Assembly: GCF_003945235.1 (NCBI RefSeq)
Contig: NZ_RSDW01000001.1
Location: 2,580,001-2,612,000 of the forward strand
Length of the DNA: 32,000 nt
Direction of reading: 5' to 3'
Origin: Edaphobacter aggregans
Lineage (GTDB): Bacteria; Acidobacteriota; Terriglobia; Terriglobales; Acidobacteriaceae
Every line of letters begins with the position of its first letter. Position 1 is the stretch's first letter. The notes under the pieces were generated by a model. The model was not told the origin of the DNA. It saw only the letters and a program-made list of their open reading frames with translations, and did not search any database. This document shows, in pieces, positions 1 to 7,760 of this stretch. Position numbers and translations under genes: made by a program.

Positions 1-1
1 T

Positions 2-226
2 AGCGTCGGCGAGGTGAGCGGCGCGTTTGTGCTGGGGCGACCGCCCGCTTCACAGCCGGGACTGATGGTGTATGTGATGGTCGATAGCGTGGCAGCGACC
101 GTCGATGCTGTCGTGGCCAACGGGGGCGAGATCGTCCAGCCAATCGGAGCTGATGCTCCGGAGATCACGGCCCGGTTTCGCGATCCTGCCGGGAATGTAA
201 TCGGGCTTTATCAGAATCCTGTGTAG
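2..226 (+). CDS. VOC/glyoxalase family protein, C-terminal fragment (5' end lies outside the window)
   Basis: The frame is open from the window edge. The tail ...VYVMVDSVAATVDAVVANGGEIVQPIGADAPEITARFRDPAGNVIGLYQNPV is typical of a glyoxalase/bleomycin-resistance (VOC) beta-alpha-beta-beta-beta module. Stop TAG at 224-226. Confidence 0.6.
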   Translation, partial: SVGEVSGAFVLGRPPASQPGLMVYVMVDSVAATVDAVVANGGEIVQPIGADAPEITARFRDPAGNVIGLYQNPV

Positions 227-280
227 AGATGGCTTCCTCCACGCCGCAAAATTGGAGTGCGACACGGAGGAAGACAGGGA

Positions 281-781
281 TCAAAGAGAACGGAATCTGC
301 GACGAAGTGTCTCCGCTCCGGCAAGTGCTCCAGTGGCCAGCAGGGCCAGGCCGGACGGCTCGGGTATGGGAGATGGGTCGGACGGTGCGTCTGCCGCGAT
401 GACGAGCTTGTACTTGGCGCCGTCGATGTCGTCGGTAAGTTTGAACTTTCCAAGCAGGAACGTCGGGGCATCGTTAGTTCCTGTGAAAAGTTGATCACTG
501 TCGAAGACAAGCGTGGAGGGATTGGGCTGGACCTCAAGTCCACCACCGAAGTCGCTGTCGTAGAAGGTCAACGTCGAATTGGTCGTGCTGACGCCGTTCT
601 CGGTAACGGTGATGCCCTGGATGATAAAGCCGAAGGAGATCGGCGTAACGATAGGGCTTGCAGCCAGGGAGAACGTAAAGGTGTTGCCTTCGCCGGTGAG
701 CGTGAAGGAGTCGGCCCTTGCTGCAAGCGTGGCGGAGGCGGCAATGGCGAGAAGGGACAGAGCTTTGACGAGTACGCGCAT
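281..781 (-). CDS. PEP-CTERM sorting-domain secreted protein
   Basis: N-terminal signal peptide (MRVLVKALSLLAIAASATLAARA). The C-terminus has the canonical PEP-CTERM tripartite signal PEPSGLALLATGALAGAETLRRRF: PEP motif, hydrophobic helix, Arg cluster. Confidence 0.85.
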   Translation of the reverse strand: MRVLVKALSLLAIAASATLAARADSFTLTGEGNTFTFSLAASPIVTPISFGFIIQGITVTENGVSTTNSTLTFYDSDFGGGLEVQPNPSTLVFDSDQLFTGTNDAPTFLLGKFKLTDDIDGAKYKLVIAADAPSDPSPIPEPSGLALLATGALAGAETLRRRFRSL

Positions 782-1038
782 ACAGGGACAGCCCTTTCGA
801 ACAAGTGCGGAATATGTGACGGCTTTATGCGAGGTTGTCCGTAAGCGGGCTACAAGTCAACGGAAGAGGCCTTCCATTTTCCCCCGCAAAGGTTTGCAGC
901 ACGATGCGATTCGCCAATCGTGGCGCGGATTTTAGAGAGTTTGAAGAAGCTGCGAAGACAAAACGATTTACGAACATTTCATCGTACGGTGAATCGATGG
1001 ATGAACGCTCGGTTACAGATGCACGCGAGTGAATATTC

Positions 1039-1073
1039 TTACTCGTGGATGATTTTTTTACGAAGACGCCGTC
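1039..1073. repeat. Direct repeat copy 1 (35 bp), a degenerate duplicate of the 3' end of the RNase H gene
   Basis: TTACTCGTGGATGATTTTTTTACGAAGACGCCGTC differs from the copy at 1556-1588 (TTACTCGCGGATGATTTTTACGAAGACGCCGTC) by one substitution and T7 versus T5. Confidence 0.9.
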
Positions 1074-1127
1074 TGATAGGGTCTTCCAACTCTATCGACT
1101 GGCCAATGAATCAGGAGGGAGCGACTT

Positions 1128-1553
1128 ATGATTGCCAAAACTGTTTGGACCAGGGAGATGGAATTTGAGGGCCGCTCCGAAAGTGGTCATAACGTCACTT
1201 TCGATGGCGGAGCCGCGCACCACGGCGGCCCTTCACCCATGGAGGCGGTACTGATGGCCCTTTGCAGTTGCAGCTCCGTCGACGTCGTCTCGATCCTGCA
1301 AAAGAAGCGCGAACCTCTCACCAGCCTCACTGTATCGGTAACCGCTGAACAGGCCGCTGCACCGCCACGGGTCTTTACAAAGATCACGCTGACCTACCTG
1401 ATTGGTGGTGCTGTCTCAAAGAAGGCCGCCGAAACCGCAGTCTCGCTGTCGAAGAATAAATACTGCTCGGTCTCGAAGATGTTGGAAAAGACAGCCCAGA
1501 TCGACTACACCATCGAATACTCAAACGACTCCAGCGCCGTCTCAAGCCAGTAG
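1128..1553 (+). CDS. osmC: OsmC/Ohr family peroxiredoxin-like protein
   Basis: 141 aa. Strong SD (AGGAGGGA at 1113-1120). OsmC-fold hallmarks are present, including the two conserved Cys regions (MEAVLMALCSCSS and KNKYCSVSKML). Confidence 0.85.
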   Translation: MIAKTVWTREMEFEGRSESGHNVTFDGGAAHHGGPSPMEAVLMALCSCSSVDVVSILQKKREPLTSLTVSVTAEQAAAPPRVFTKITLTYLIGGAVSKKAAETAVSLSKNKYCSVSKMLEKTAQIDYTIEYSNDSSAVSSQ

Positions 1554-1555
1554 CT

Positions 1556-1588
1556 TTACTCGCGGATGATTTTTACGAAGACGCCGTC
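1556..1588. repeat. Direct repeat copy 2 (33 bp), the functional 3' end of the RNase H gene
   Basis: On the minus strand it encodes the last codons DGVFVKIIRE-stop of the 1556..2242 CDS. Near-identical to 1039-1073. Confidence 0.9.
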
Positions 1589-2242
1589 GGGCAGCGTTGC
1601 GTTGCCGAGGATGTGGACGACGCCGTCCTTGGTGAAGCCACGGAGCATGGTGTCGGCTTTCGCGTAAGGATTGGGCGGAGCCTCGGATTGAGTGGGGTAG
1701 GGGGTGGCTTTGAGGGGTGCGGGGGCAGGCTGGCCGGACGCATGAGGGCGTTTCATCCCGCGATCCATGGCTTCGTTGGCGAGACGGTCGGCGTCCTTGT
1801 TCTTGTGGCGGAGCGCGTGGCTGATCTCGAACCCTTCGAGCTTAGCGATGCGGTTCCTGGCCTCCTGCCACAGAGGCCGGAGGTCGGGCGAGTTGACCTT
1901 GTACTTGCCCTGAATCTGCTTGACCATCAGCTCGGAGTCGCTGACGACGCGAAGGCGGGGGTGGTGGTGATCGAGAGCGTACTGGAGACTGGCGAGGAGC
2001 CCGGAGTATTCCGCGTAGTTGTTGGTGCGGATGCCGAGGAACTCGCTGAGCTCGGCGATGACCATGCCGTTGGCGTCCTGGATAAGGGCTCCGAAGCCGG
2101 CGGGGCCGGGATTGCCGCGGGCTCCTCCGTCGCAGTGGGCGCTGATCCAGTCTTTGGAATCTCTGGCGGAATCTTTGGTTTGGGGTCGGGAGGCTATGGG
2201 GGCTTCGGCGAAGAGATTGGGAGTGGTAGGACGGTGGGGCAT
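1556..2242 (-). CDS. rnhA: Ribonuclease HI family protein with a Pro-rich linker and a small C-terminal extension domain
   Basis: ATG at 2242. RNase H type 1 catalytic blocks are present: HCDGGARGNPGPAG (Asp), TNNYAEYSGL (Glu), VSDSELMVKQ (Asp), NKDADRLAN (Asp). About 70 extra C-terminal residues follow (PAPAPLKATPYPTQSEAPPNPY linker, then LRGFTKDGVVHILGNATLPDGVFVKIIRE). Confidence 0.85.
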   Translation of the reverse strand: MPHRPTTPNLFAEAPIASRPQTKDSARDSKDWISAHCDGGARGNPGPAGFGALIQDANGMVIAELSEFLGIRTNNYAEYSGLLASLQYALDHHHPRLRVVSDSELMVKQIQGKYKVNSPDLRPLWQEARNRIAKLEGFEISHALRHKNKDADRLANEAMDRGMKRPHASGQPAPAPLKATPYPTQSEAPPNPYAKADTMLRGFTKDGVVHILGNATLPDGVFVKIIRE

Positions 2243-2413
2243 TGGGTGAGTTTATCGGAAGACAGGGGTTAGGGGCAGGAGCAGCGCACGAAGACAAGGG
2301 CCACGACAAAAGCACGACAGTTTGCTTACCTTTTCGCGGAGGGAGGGGTCTATTGGAGTGGAATCGATTTCCTGACTTCCGGAGTCAGAACATGAATGCT
2401 GAAGCGATTGGGA

Positions 2414-2442
2414 TGAACCCTGCCGGGGAGCTAACTTCGTCT
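2414..2442 (+). promoter_or_regulatory. Candidate ECF-type autoregulatory promoter (TGAAC ... CGTCT)
   Basis: TGAAC at 2414-2418 and CGTCT at 2438-2442 lie about 65 nt upstream of the proposed sigma start. They resemble the ECF -35 GAAC / -10 CGT pattern. The 19-nt gap between the motifs is at the long end of what is usual. Confidence 0.3.
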
Positions 2443-2505
2443 ATAGCAGTGGGTTTCCGTGGACGGCGCACCAGTCCGTTTGGATTGGCGGTAGAATCTT
2501 TGCCA

Positions 2506-3162
2506 ATGGCAAAGGTCGCTACCCAACCCGCCACAAGGAACAGCAAGCTGACACAGGCGCAGCTTGAGGCTCGAGCACAACAGCGGATCGAGGACGATGA
2601 GCTGATCCGCGAGGCCCAGAAGGGGCAGCGTGCCGCCTTCGACACGCTGGTGAGGCGTTACGACCAGAGCGTGCTGCGGCTGGCGCTGCACATGCTCGGG
2701 AATGAGCAGGATGCTCAGGACGTTCACCAGGAAGCCTTTATCAAGGCGTACCGGCACCTGGGGAACTTCAGGTTTGAGTGCAGCTTCTATACGTGGCTGT
2801 ACAGGATTGTTACGAATCTCTGCCTCGACCAGCTAAGGCGGCGCAAGAGCCGGCGGGAAGATCCGGCGACCGTGCTGGATGCCAGCGGCGATGAGATGGA
2901 TTTGATGGCCAACATCACCGACGACCGCGCGATGGCGAATCCCGCGCGGGAGCTGGATCGGAAGTTGATGGGCGCTAAGATTCAGGACGCGTTGGCGAAG
3001 CTGACGCCCCGGGAACGGACTGTATTTGAGCTGAAGCACTACCAGGGTTTGAAGCTGCGAACGATTGGAGAGATGTTGAACACAACAGAAGAGACCGCGA
3101 AGAATACGCTGTTTCGGGCAACGCGGAAGTTGCGGACCAATCTGGCGGAGTTGAAGGCGTAG
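2506..3162 (+). CDS. ECF (sigma-70 family, group 4) RNA polymerase sigma factor
   Basis: Region 2 (DAQDVHQEAFIKAYRHLGNFRFECSFYTWLYRIVTNLCLDQLRRR) and region 4 (LTPRERTVFELKHYQGLKLRTIGEMLNTTEETAKNTLFRATRKLR) are clear. The ORF is open from 2242, but the first 88 codons have no sigma similarity. ATG 2506 is chosen; ATG 2392 is the alternative. Confidence 0.85.
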   Translation: MAKVATQPATRNSKLTQAQLEARAQQRIEDDELIREAQKGQRAAFDTLVRRYDQSVLRLALHMLGNEQDAQDVHQEAFIKAYRHLGNFRFECSFYTWLYRIVTNLCLDQLRRRKSRREDPATVLDASGDEMDLMANITDDRAMANPARELDRKLMGAKIQDALAKLTPRERTVFELKHYQGLKLRTIGEMLNTTEETAKNTLFRATRKLRTNLAELKA

Positions 3163-3256
3163 CAGAAGTAGCGGATGGGAAATGGCCGAAGCGAAGAGTC
3201 CACTAGAGGCTCGAGCAGGCGGAAGTATTTTTTGAGGCTGGTTGAGGTATCGAGCA

Positions 3257-4222
3257 ATGAAGTGTGAAATGGCACAAGAGAACATCATTCTGGCGCACTA
3301 CGGTGAATTGCCGGATGAGTTGGCGGGAGCTCTGGAGCAACATCTGGCGATCTGTGAGGATTGCCGCAATGAGTTGATCGCAATGCAGGCGGTGGAAGAA
3401 CGCCTGGCGCTACTCCCGGTGATGGAGCCCGATCCGAATATGCTGGCGCAGGCTCGGATGCGGCTCGATGACGCGCTGGACCTGATTCCGCCAGGTGGAT
3501 TCTTTCAGCGGCTGCGGACGAATTTCTTTACATGGGTAGGTCATGTGCAGAGCGCGCCAGCGCTGGCGACCCTGCTGATCGGCGTGGGCTTTATTTCTGG
3601 AACCCTTGTCAACAAATACGAGGCGTATCAAGCCGAACTCGCAAAGCCGAAGGTCATTACGGTGAGCCATCCGACCCAGGGCACGGTTGCGAATGTGACG
3701 GGAATTGTGCAGATTCCGAACTCGGAGATGGTGCAGGTCAACTACAACCGTGTGATTCCGGAGACGATTGAGGGATCGCTGGATGAACCGCGGGTTCGTG
3801 AATTGCTGCTGAAGGGAATAAGTACGCCGACGGCAGATGATGTGCGGGTGAATGCGGTTTCGCTGTTGGCCAACGAGTGCAAGGTGGGGCATGAGTGCGT
3901 AGGCGGAGGCGATCCGAAGAGTATCCGCAACCAGTTGATGGTGACGATGCTGTGGGACGAAGATCCTGGTGTCCGGCTGACGGCTCTGGAAGGTTTGCAG
4001 CGCTACGTCGGACAGGATCCGCGAGTGCGGGATGCGATCGCCGAGTCGCTGTCGCGGGACCCTAACGCCGAGGTGCGGAAACAGGCGATTGCGACGCTGG
4101 CACCGGTGCGGTCGGACTCCACGGTGCGGCAGGTACTGCGGACGGCTTCGACGCGCGATGAGAACGCGTATATCCGGACGGCTTCGTACAATGTGCTGCA
4201 GGGCATGGGCGATCTTCAGTAG
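3257..4222 (+). CDS. Anti-sigma factor: zf-HC2 N-terminus, one TM helix, periplasmic HEAT-repeat domain
   Basis: It lies immediately downstream of the ECF sigma. H-x3-C-x2-C motif (HLAICEDC). TM segment APALATLLIGVGFISGTLV. The C-terminal part has HEAT/PBS-lyase-like repeats (DPGVRLTALEGL, DPRVRDAIAESL, DPNAEVRKQAIATL, DENAYIRTASYNVL). The first ATG in the ORF is 3257, with GAGGT 8 nt upstream. Confidence 0.8.
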   Translation: MKCEMAQENIILAHYGELPDELAGALEQHLAICEDCRNELIAMQAVEERLALLPVMEPDPNMLAQARMRLDDALDLIPPGGFFQRLRTNFFTWVGHVQSAPALATLLIGVGFISGTLVNKYEAYQAELAKPKVITVSHPTQGTVANVTGIVQIPNSEMVQVNYNRVIPETIEGSLDEPRVRELLLKGISTPTADDVRVNAVSLLANECKVGHECVGGGDPKSIRNQLMVTMLWDEDPGVRLTALEGLQRYVGQDPRVRDAIAESLSRDPNAEVRKQAIATLAPVRSDSTVRQVLRTASTRDENAYIRTASYNVLQGMGDLQ

Positions 4223-4242
4223 CGCAGGATGAGGGCAGGAAA

Positions 4243-5418
4243 ATGAGACACAGCGTTGCGTTTGGCGTGTTGGCTCTGACGGCGGTATTGGGGCTCTCGC
4301 GTGGCGCGATGGCGTTTGTTGATCCGGGCTATAGCCACACGAGCGGAGCGATGCCGAGCCATGGGCCGCAGGGGTATCTGGGAGTCGATCTTCGCGAGGT
4401 GAACGAGGATCAGGTGGCGCCGCTCAAGCTGAAGGAAGCGCGCGGGGTCGAGATCGTGAATGTAGACCACGACGGTCCGGCGTGCAAGGCGGGGTTGCGG
4501 ATTCATGATGTGATTCTGGAGATGAACGGCCAGTTGATTGAGGGCGTTGACCAGTTGCGGCGGATGCTGCGTGAGTCGCCTCCGGGCCGGACAGTAAGCC
4601 TTCTGCTGAGCCACGATGGACAGCAGCAGACGATCTCGGTGCAACTGGCGAATCGCGAAACCGTGGAACGTGACGCCTGGGAACAGCGCTACAAGGTTCC
4701 GGAGCCGGATCCTCCGGCCGACAGCACCAAGTCGTATGGCGGAACTGGTTTCTTGAGCCCTGGAACGGCTGGGCGGGCGACCAAAGGGATGCATAACCTG
4801 CTGGGGTCGGCGATGATTGTCAGCTCATCGTTTACTGGCGCCAAGCTCGAGGTGATGGGACCGCAACTCGCAGAGTTCTTTGGAGCGCAGGGCAGCGCGG
4901 GGTTGCTGGTGCGCAGCGTGGATTCCAACAGTCCAGCCGCTGATGCGGGGTTGCGCGCGGGCGATGTCGTGGTGAAGGTGAACTCGATCTCGGTGGTAAA
5001 CGGAAGCGATTGGACGAAGGCGATCCACGAGAATCGGGGCAAGGCGGTTCCGGTGGTGGTGCTGCGCGACAAGAAGGAGCAAACCCTGACGCTGACGCCG
5101 GATGGCAAGAAGCGATCGAGCGTGGAGCGGGGTGTGGAGTTGGAGGAGTTCTTCGGCGGCGGGGACCAGGCGGAGCAGACGCGGGAGATCTTGGCGCAGC
5201 TCCAGCCTTTATTCGATTCCATGGCTGCCGATGCTCGCAGGCGGATGGAAGCTGCCAGCTATTCGCCCGAGATGGCGCACATGATGGCGCGACTGGAGGT
5301 GTTTGCTGCTGATCCTCAACTGCGGCAGAACCTCGAAACGGCCCGCAAACAGGTGGATGCCGCAGCGGATGCGGCGAAACGAGCTGCGGATACCGAGGGC
5401 CGGCTGCGGATGAATTAG
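4243..5418 (+). CDS. Secreted protein with two PDZ domains and a helical C-terminus, no protease domain
   Basis: Signal peptide MRHSVAFGVLALTAVLGLSRGAMA. Two PDZ-like blocks (GYLGVDLREV...GPACKAGLRIHDVILEMNGQLIEG and GLLVRSVDSNSPAADAGLRAGDVVVKVNSISVVNG). No His/Asp/Ser trypsin-fold motifs. It starts 20 nt after the anti-sigma stop. Confidence 0.75.
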   Translation: MRHSVAFGVLALTAVLGLSRGAMAFVDPGYSHTSGAMPSHGPQGYLGVDLREVNEDQVAPLKLKEARGVEIVNVDHDGPACKAGLRIHDVILEMNGQLIEGVDQLRRMLRESPPGRTVSLLLSHDGQQQTISVQLANRETVERDAWEQRYKVPEPDPPADSTKSYGGTGFLSPGTAGRATKGMHNLLGSAMIVSSSFTGAKLEVMGPQLAEFFGAQGSAGLLVRSVDSNSPAADAGLRAGDVVVKVNSISVVNGSDWTKAIHENRGKAVPVVVLRDKKEQTLTLTPDGKKRSSVERGVELEEFFGGGDQAEQTREILAQLQPLFDSMAADARRRMEAASYSPEMAHMMARLEVFAADPQLRQNLETARKQVDAAADAAKRAADTEGRLRMN

Positions 5419-6308
5419 TAAGCGCCTGAATCCCTGACAAGACCAGCAAGTTCAATAGGAAGCACCAGCGCTTCCTCCGTGTTTCCCTGTAAAAACGGCT
5501 TCAAGGTGTACTGATCTCGCGAGGAACCAACCTCAAAGATGAGGTGATCCGGATAGAGAAGCTCCTTCACCGTGGCGCCCTTGTGTGATTCCGAGCCGGA
5601 CAGATGTTCATGCTGGATCTCCATGAAGATCGGCGGCCGATCGCGCCAAATCGTCTCGCGCAACCCTTCCAGAACTTTGGCTTCAAAGCCCTCGACATCC
5701 ATCTTGAGCAGGGAGATCGGCGGAAGCTGGTTGGCAGCAAAGAAGTCGTCGCCACGGGCGACCTGGACGGGGATGGTCTCGGCGGAGGCGTTGCCAGGAA
5801 GATTGTCGCCGAGGGTCCCTGTGCCCTGGTTGGCGCCCGTCGGAGGGTGGAAGCTTCCGGTCCCATTCCTGTCACCTAGCGCAACCGGGAAGATCGTGAC
5901 GTTGCTCGCATTGGCATGATTGAGCTTACGCGCCATCTCGTTGCGCACCACATGAAACGGCTCAAAGGAGAAGACGCGGTCTGCGTGGCGAGACATAAAG
6001 AGGGTGTGGTGGCCAATGTTGGCTCCCACGTCAAAGAAGTTCACCGGCTTACCATTAGCCCGCAGTGCGTCGGCGATGGCGGCCAAAAGGCGAACCTCGT
6101 GAAGCGCAAAGGCCCCGTAGTAGAACACGCTCCAGTCAATGAAGTTAGCCATATTGCCGGTGTACGGCTGGCCAAAGAAGTCGGTCTCGAAGGCGTGGGA
6201 TTTCTGACGGTCGGGGTGGGAAAAAGTGCGTAAAACTCTGTCGCGGCCACGGAGCCATTCCTGCCGCCCAACAAACCGTAAGATATTCTGCTTCATCGAG
6301 TTCGCCAT
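5415..6308 (-). CDS. FkbM family SAM-dependent methyltransferase
   Basis: FFDVGANIGHHTLFMS (SAM-binding GxGxG-like block) and FSFEPFHVVRNEM...VTIFPVALGDRNGTGSFH are typical of the FkbM family. The ORF is open to a TTG at 6392. The first ATGs are 6308 and 6296, so the start is uncertain. The 3' end overlaps the convergent PDZ gene by 4 nt (5415-5418). Confidence 0.75.
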   Translation of the reverse strand: MANSMKQNILRFVGRQEWLRGRDRVLRTFSHPDRQKSHAFETDFFGQPYTGNMANFIDWSVFYYGAFALHEVRLLAAIADALRANGKPVNFFDVGANIGHHTLFMSRHADRVFSFEPFHVVRNEMARKLNHANASNVTIFPVALGDRNGTGSFHPPTGANQGTGTLGDNLPGNASAETIPVQVARGDDFFAANQLPPISLLKMDVEGFEAKVLEGLRETIWRDRPPIFMEIQHEHLSGSESHKGATVKELLYPDHLIFEVGSSRDQYTLKPFLQGNTEEALVLPIELAGLVRDSGAY

Positions 6309-6405
6309 TCGGACATAATAGCCGAACCATGGAAAAGAGCCAGACTTTCGCTGTTGCTGAAGTTGGCTATGGGTGGTCGGGGTGTGGTTCAATAAAGGTA
6401 ACGAT

Positions 6406-7458
6406 ATGGTTTTAGAGACTTCATCTGCCAGCCGACCGATGTCCGCGAAACGGCGCTGGAAGGCAGTTACGCGTAAAGTGCGTGAACTGGGTTCGATCGG
6501 CTCGGCGCTGATGGCGACGGGCCACCCCTACATGGCGCACATTGTGCCGATGCGGCGGTGCAATCTGGCATGTACGTACTGCAATGAGTTCGACGATGTC
6601 TCGGAGCCCGTGCCGCTGGACGAGATGCTGCGACGCATCGATGACCTGGGGCGGCTGGGGACGTCGGTGATTACGATCTCGGGCGGTGAGCCCCTGCTGC
6701 ACCCGGAGCTGGACCAGATTATTGCGCGCATCCGGAAGACGGGCGCGATTGCCGGGATGATCACCAATGGATATCTGCTGATGCCGGACAGGATTGAGCG
6801 GCTGAACAAAGCCGGGCTCGATCATATGCAGATCTCCATCGACAATGTGATGCCGGATGCGGTGTCGAAGAAGAGCCTTAAGGTGCTGGACAAGAAGCTC
6901 CAGATGCTGGCCCAGCATGCAGACTTTCACGTGAACATCAACTCGGTCGTCGGCGGCGGGATTGCGAATCCGAACGATGCCCTGACGGTGAGTGAACGGG
7001 CGCTGGCGCTGGGGTTCAGCTCGACCATCGGGATCATTCACGACGGCAGCGGGCAGTTGAAGCCGCTGGGCGATGCCGAGCGTACGGTTTGGGACAAGGT
7101 TCGCAAGCTGACGCGGCGGAGCTATTCGCGGTTCAATCATTTTCAGGAAGCCATCGCCAACGGCAAGACGAATGACTGGCGCTGCCGGGCGGGTGGACGG
7201 TATCTGTACATCTGCGAGTTTGGGCTGGTGCACTATTGCAGCCAGCAGCGCGGCTATCCGGGAGTTCCTCTGTCGGGCTATATGACGGCAGATGTGAAAC
7301 GGGAGTTCCTGACGGAGAAGAGCTGCTCGCCGAACTGCACGATTAGCTGCGTCCACCAGGTGAGCTATATCGACCATTGGCGTGCTCCCCAGAAGAGCTC
7401 AGTAACTCCGGGTTCGTCGCATAAGACGGGCACACAGGAGCTGGTGCAGATTCAGTAG
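6406..7458 (+). CDS. Radical SAM protein with a Cys-rich C-terminal region (possible auxiliary Fe-S domain)
   Basis: CxxxCxxC cluster motif CNLACTYC, then a GGEPLL SAM-binding block. C-terminal cysteines: CRAGGRYLYICEFGLVHYC ... CSPNCTISC. ATG 6406 is chosen (AAAGG 7 nt upstream). GTG 6373 and ATG 6439 are alternatives. Confidence 0.8.
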   Translation: MVLETSSASRPMSAKRRWKAVTRKVRELGSIGSALMATGHPYMAHIVPMRRCNLACTYCNEFDDVSEPVPLDEMLRRIDDLGRLGTSVITISGGEPLLHPELDQIIARIRKTGAIAGMITNGYLLMPDRIERLNKAGLDHMQISIDNVMPDAVSKKSLKVLDKKLQMLAQHADFHVNINSVVGGGIANPNDALTVSERALALGFSSTIGIIHDGSGQLKPLGDAERTVWDKVRKLTRRSYSRFNHFQEAIANGKTNDWRCRAGGRYLYICEFGLVHYCSQQRGYPGVPLSGYMTADVKREFLTEKSCSPNCTISCVHQVSYIDHWRAPQKSSVTPGSSHKTGTQELVQIQ

Positions 7459-7760
7459 GGTCGAGCTTGCCTATCCTGCGTATGGCTGGCATCTAACCTG
7501 ATATGAAGTTGGTTTGGTTTTGAAAGGGCGGGACTTCAATCCCACCGCGCAACGACCAATATCTCAGAACTTTAGCCCCCGAGGGAAGTATCTACGGAGG
7601 CGTGACGATGGTTCGCCGTTGTGCTCCGGCGTATCTGCGCAAACTTCCACTCCTGCACAGATCCAGTAGCTTTGTAACCCGCTATTTTCCGGTAAGAGCG
7701 TTTATCAGGACTGACGCATCTCCAGAACAGTAGACTTGTCCGTGAGGTGTTCTCGTTGTC

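Noticed and set aside
233-273. 8-bp inverted repeat CTTCCTCC ... GGAGGAAG between the convergent VOC and PEP-CTERM genes, considered as a terminator.
   Set aside because: The 25-nt loop and the absence of a T-run on either side make an intrinsic terminator unlikely. It may be fortuitous.
835-1168. Small ORFs 835..1032 and 920..1168 in the 345-bp spacer upstream of osmC.
   Set aside because: They have no SD and no recognisable domains. The second is largely the translation of the decayed repeat copy and overlaps the osmC start. They are more likely promoter or 5' region.
2242-2505. 88-codon 5' extension of the ECF sigma ORF. Similar extensions occur at 11479-11769 (TolC), 9907-10038 (methyltransferase), 16871-16966, 17541-17657, 26595..27179 and 27452..27910.
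   Set aside because: The extensions lack similarity to the respective families and often overlap neighbouring genes or promoter regions. Internal ATG codons with SD sequences and/or signal peptides give family-typical N-termini.
7524-7560. tRNA-like fragment GGCGGGACTTCAATCCCACC...ACCA at the edge of the low-GC segment, a possible tRNA 3' remnant or att site.
   Set aside because: The putative T-arm does not fold canonically. It gives a 7-position stem with a C-A mismatch and a 6-nt loop, instead of a 5-bp stem and a 7-nt TTCRANY loop. No acceptor-stem partner or second copy is visible at the other border. The evidence is insufficient.
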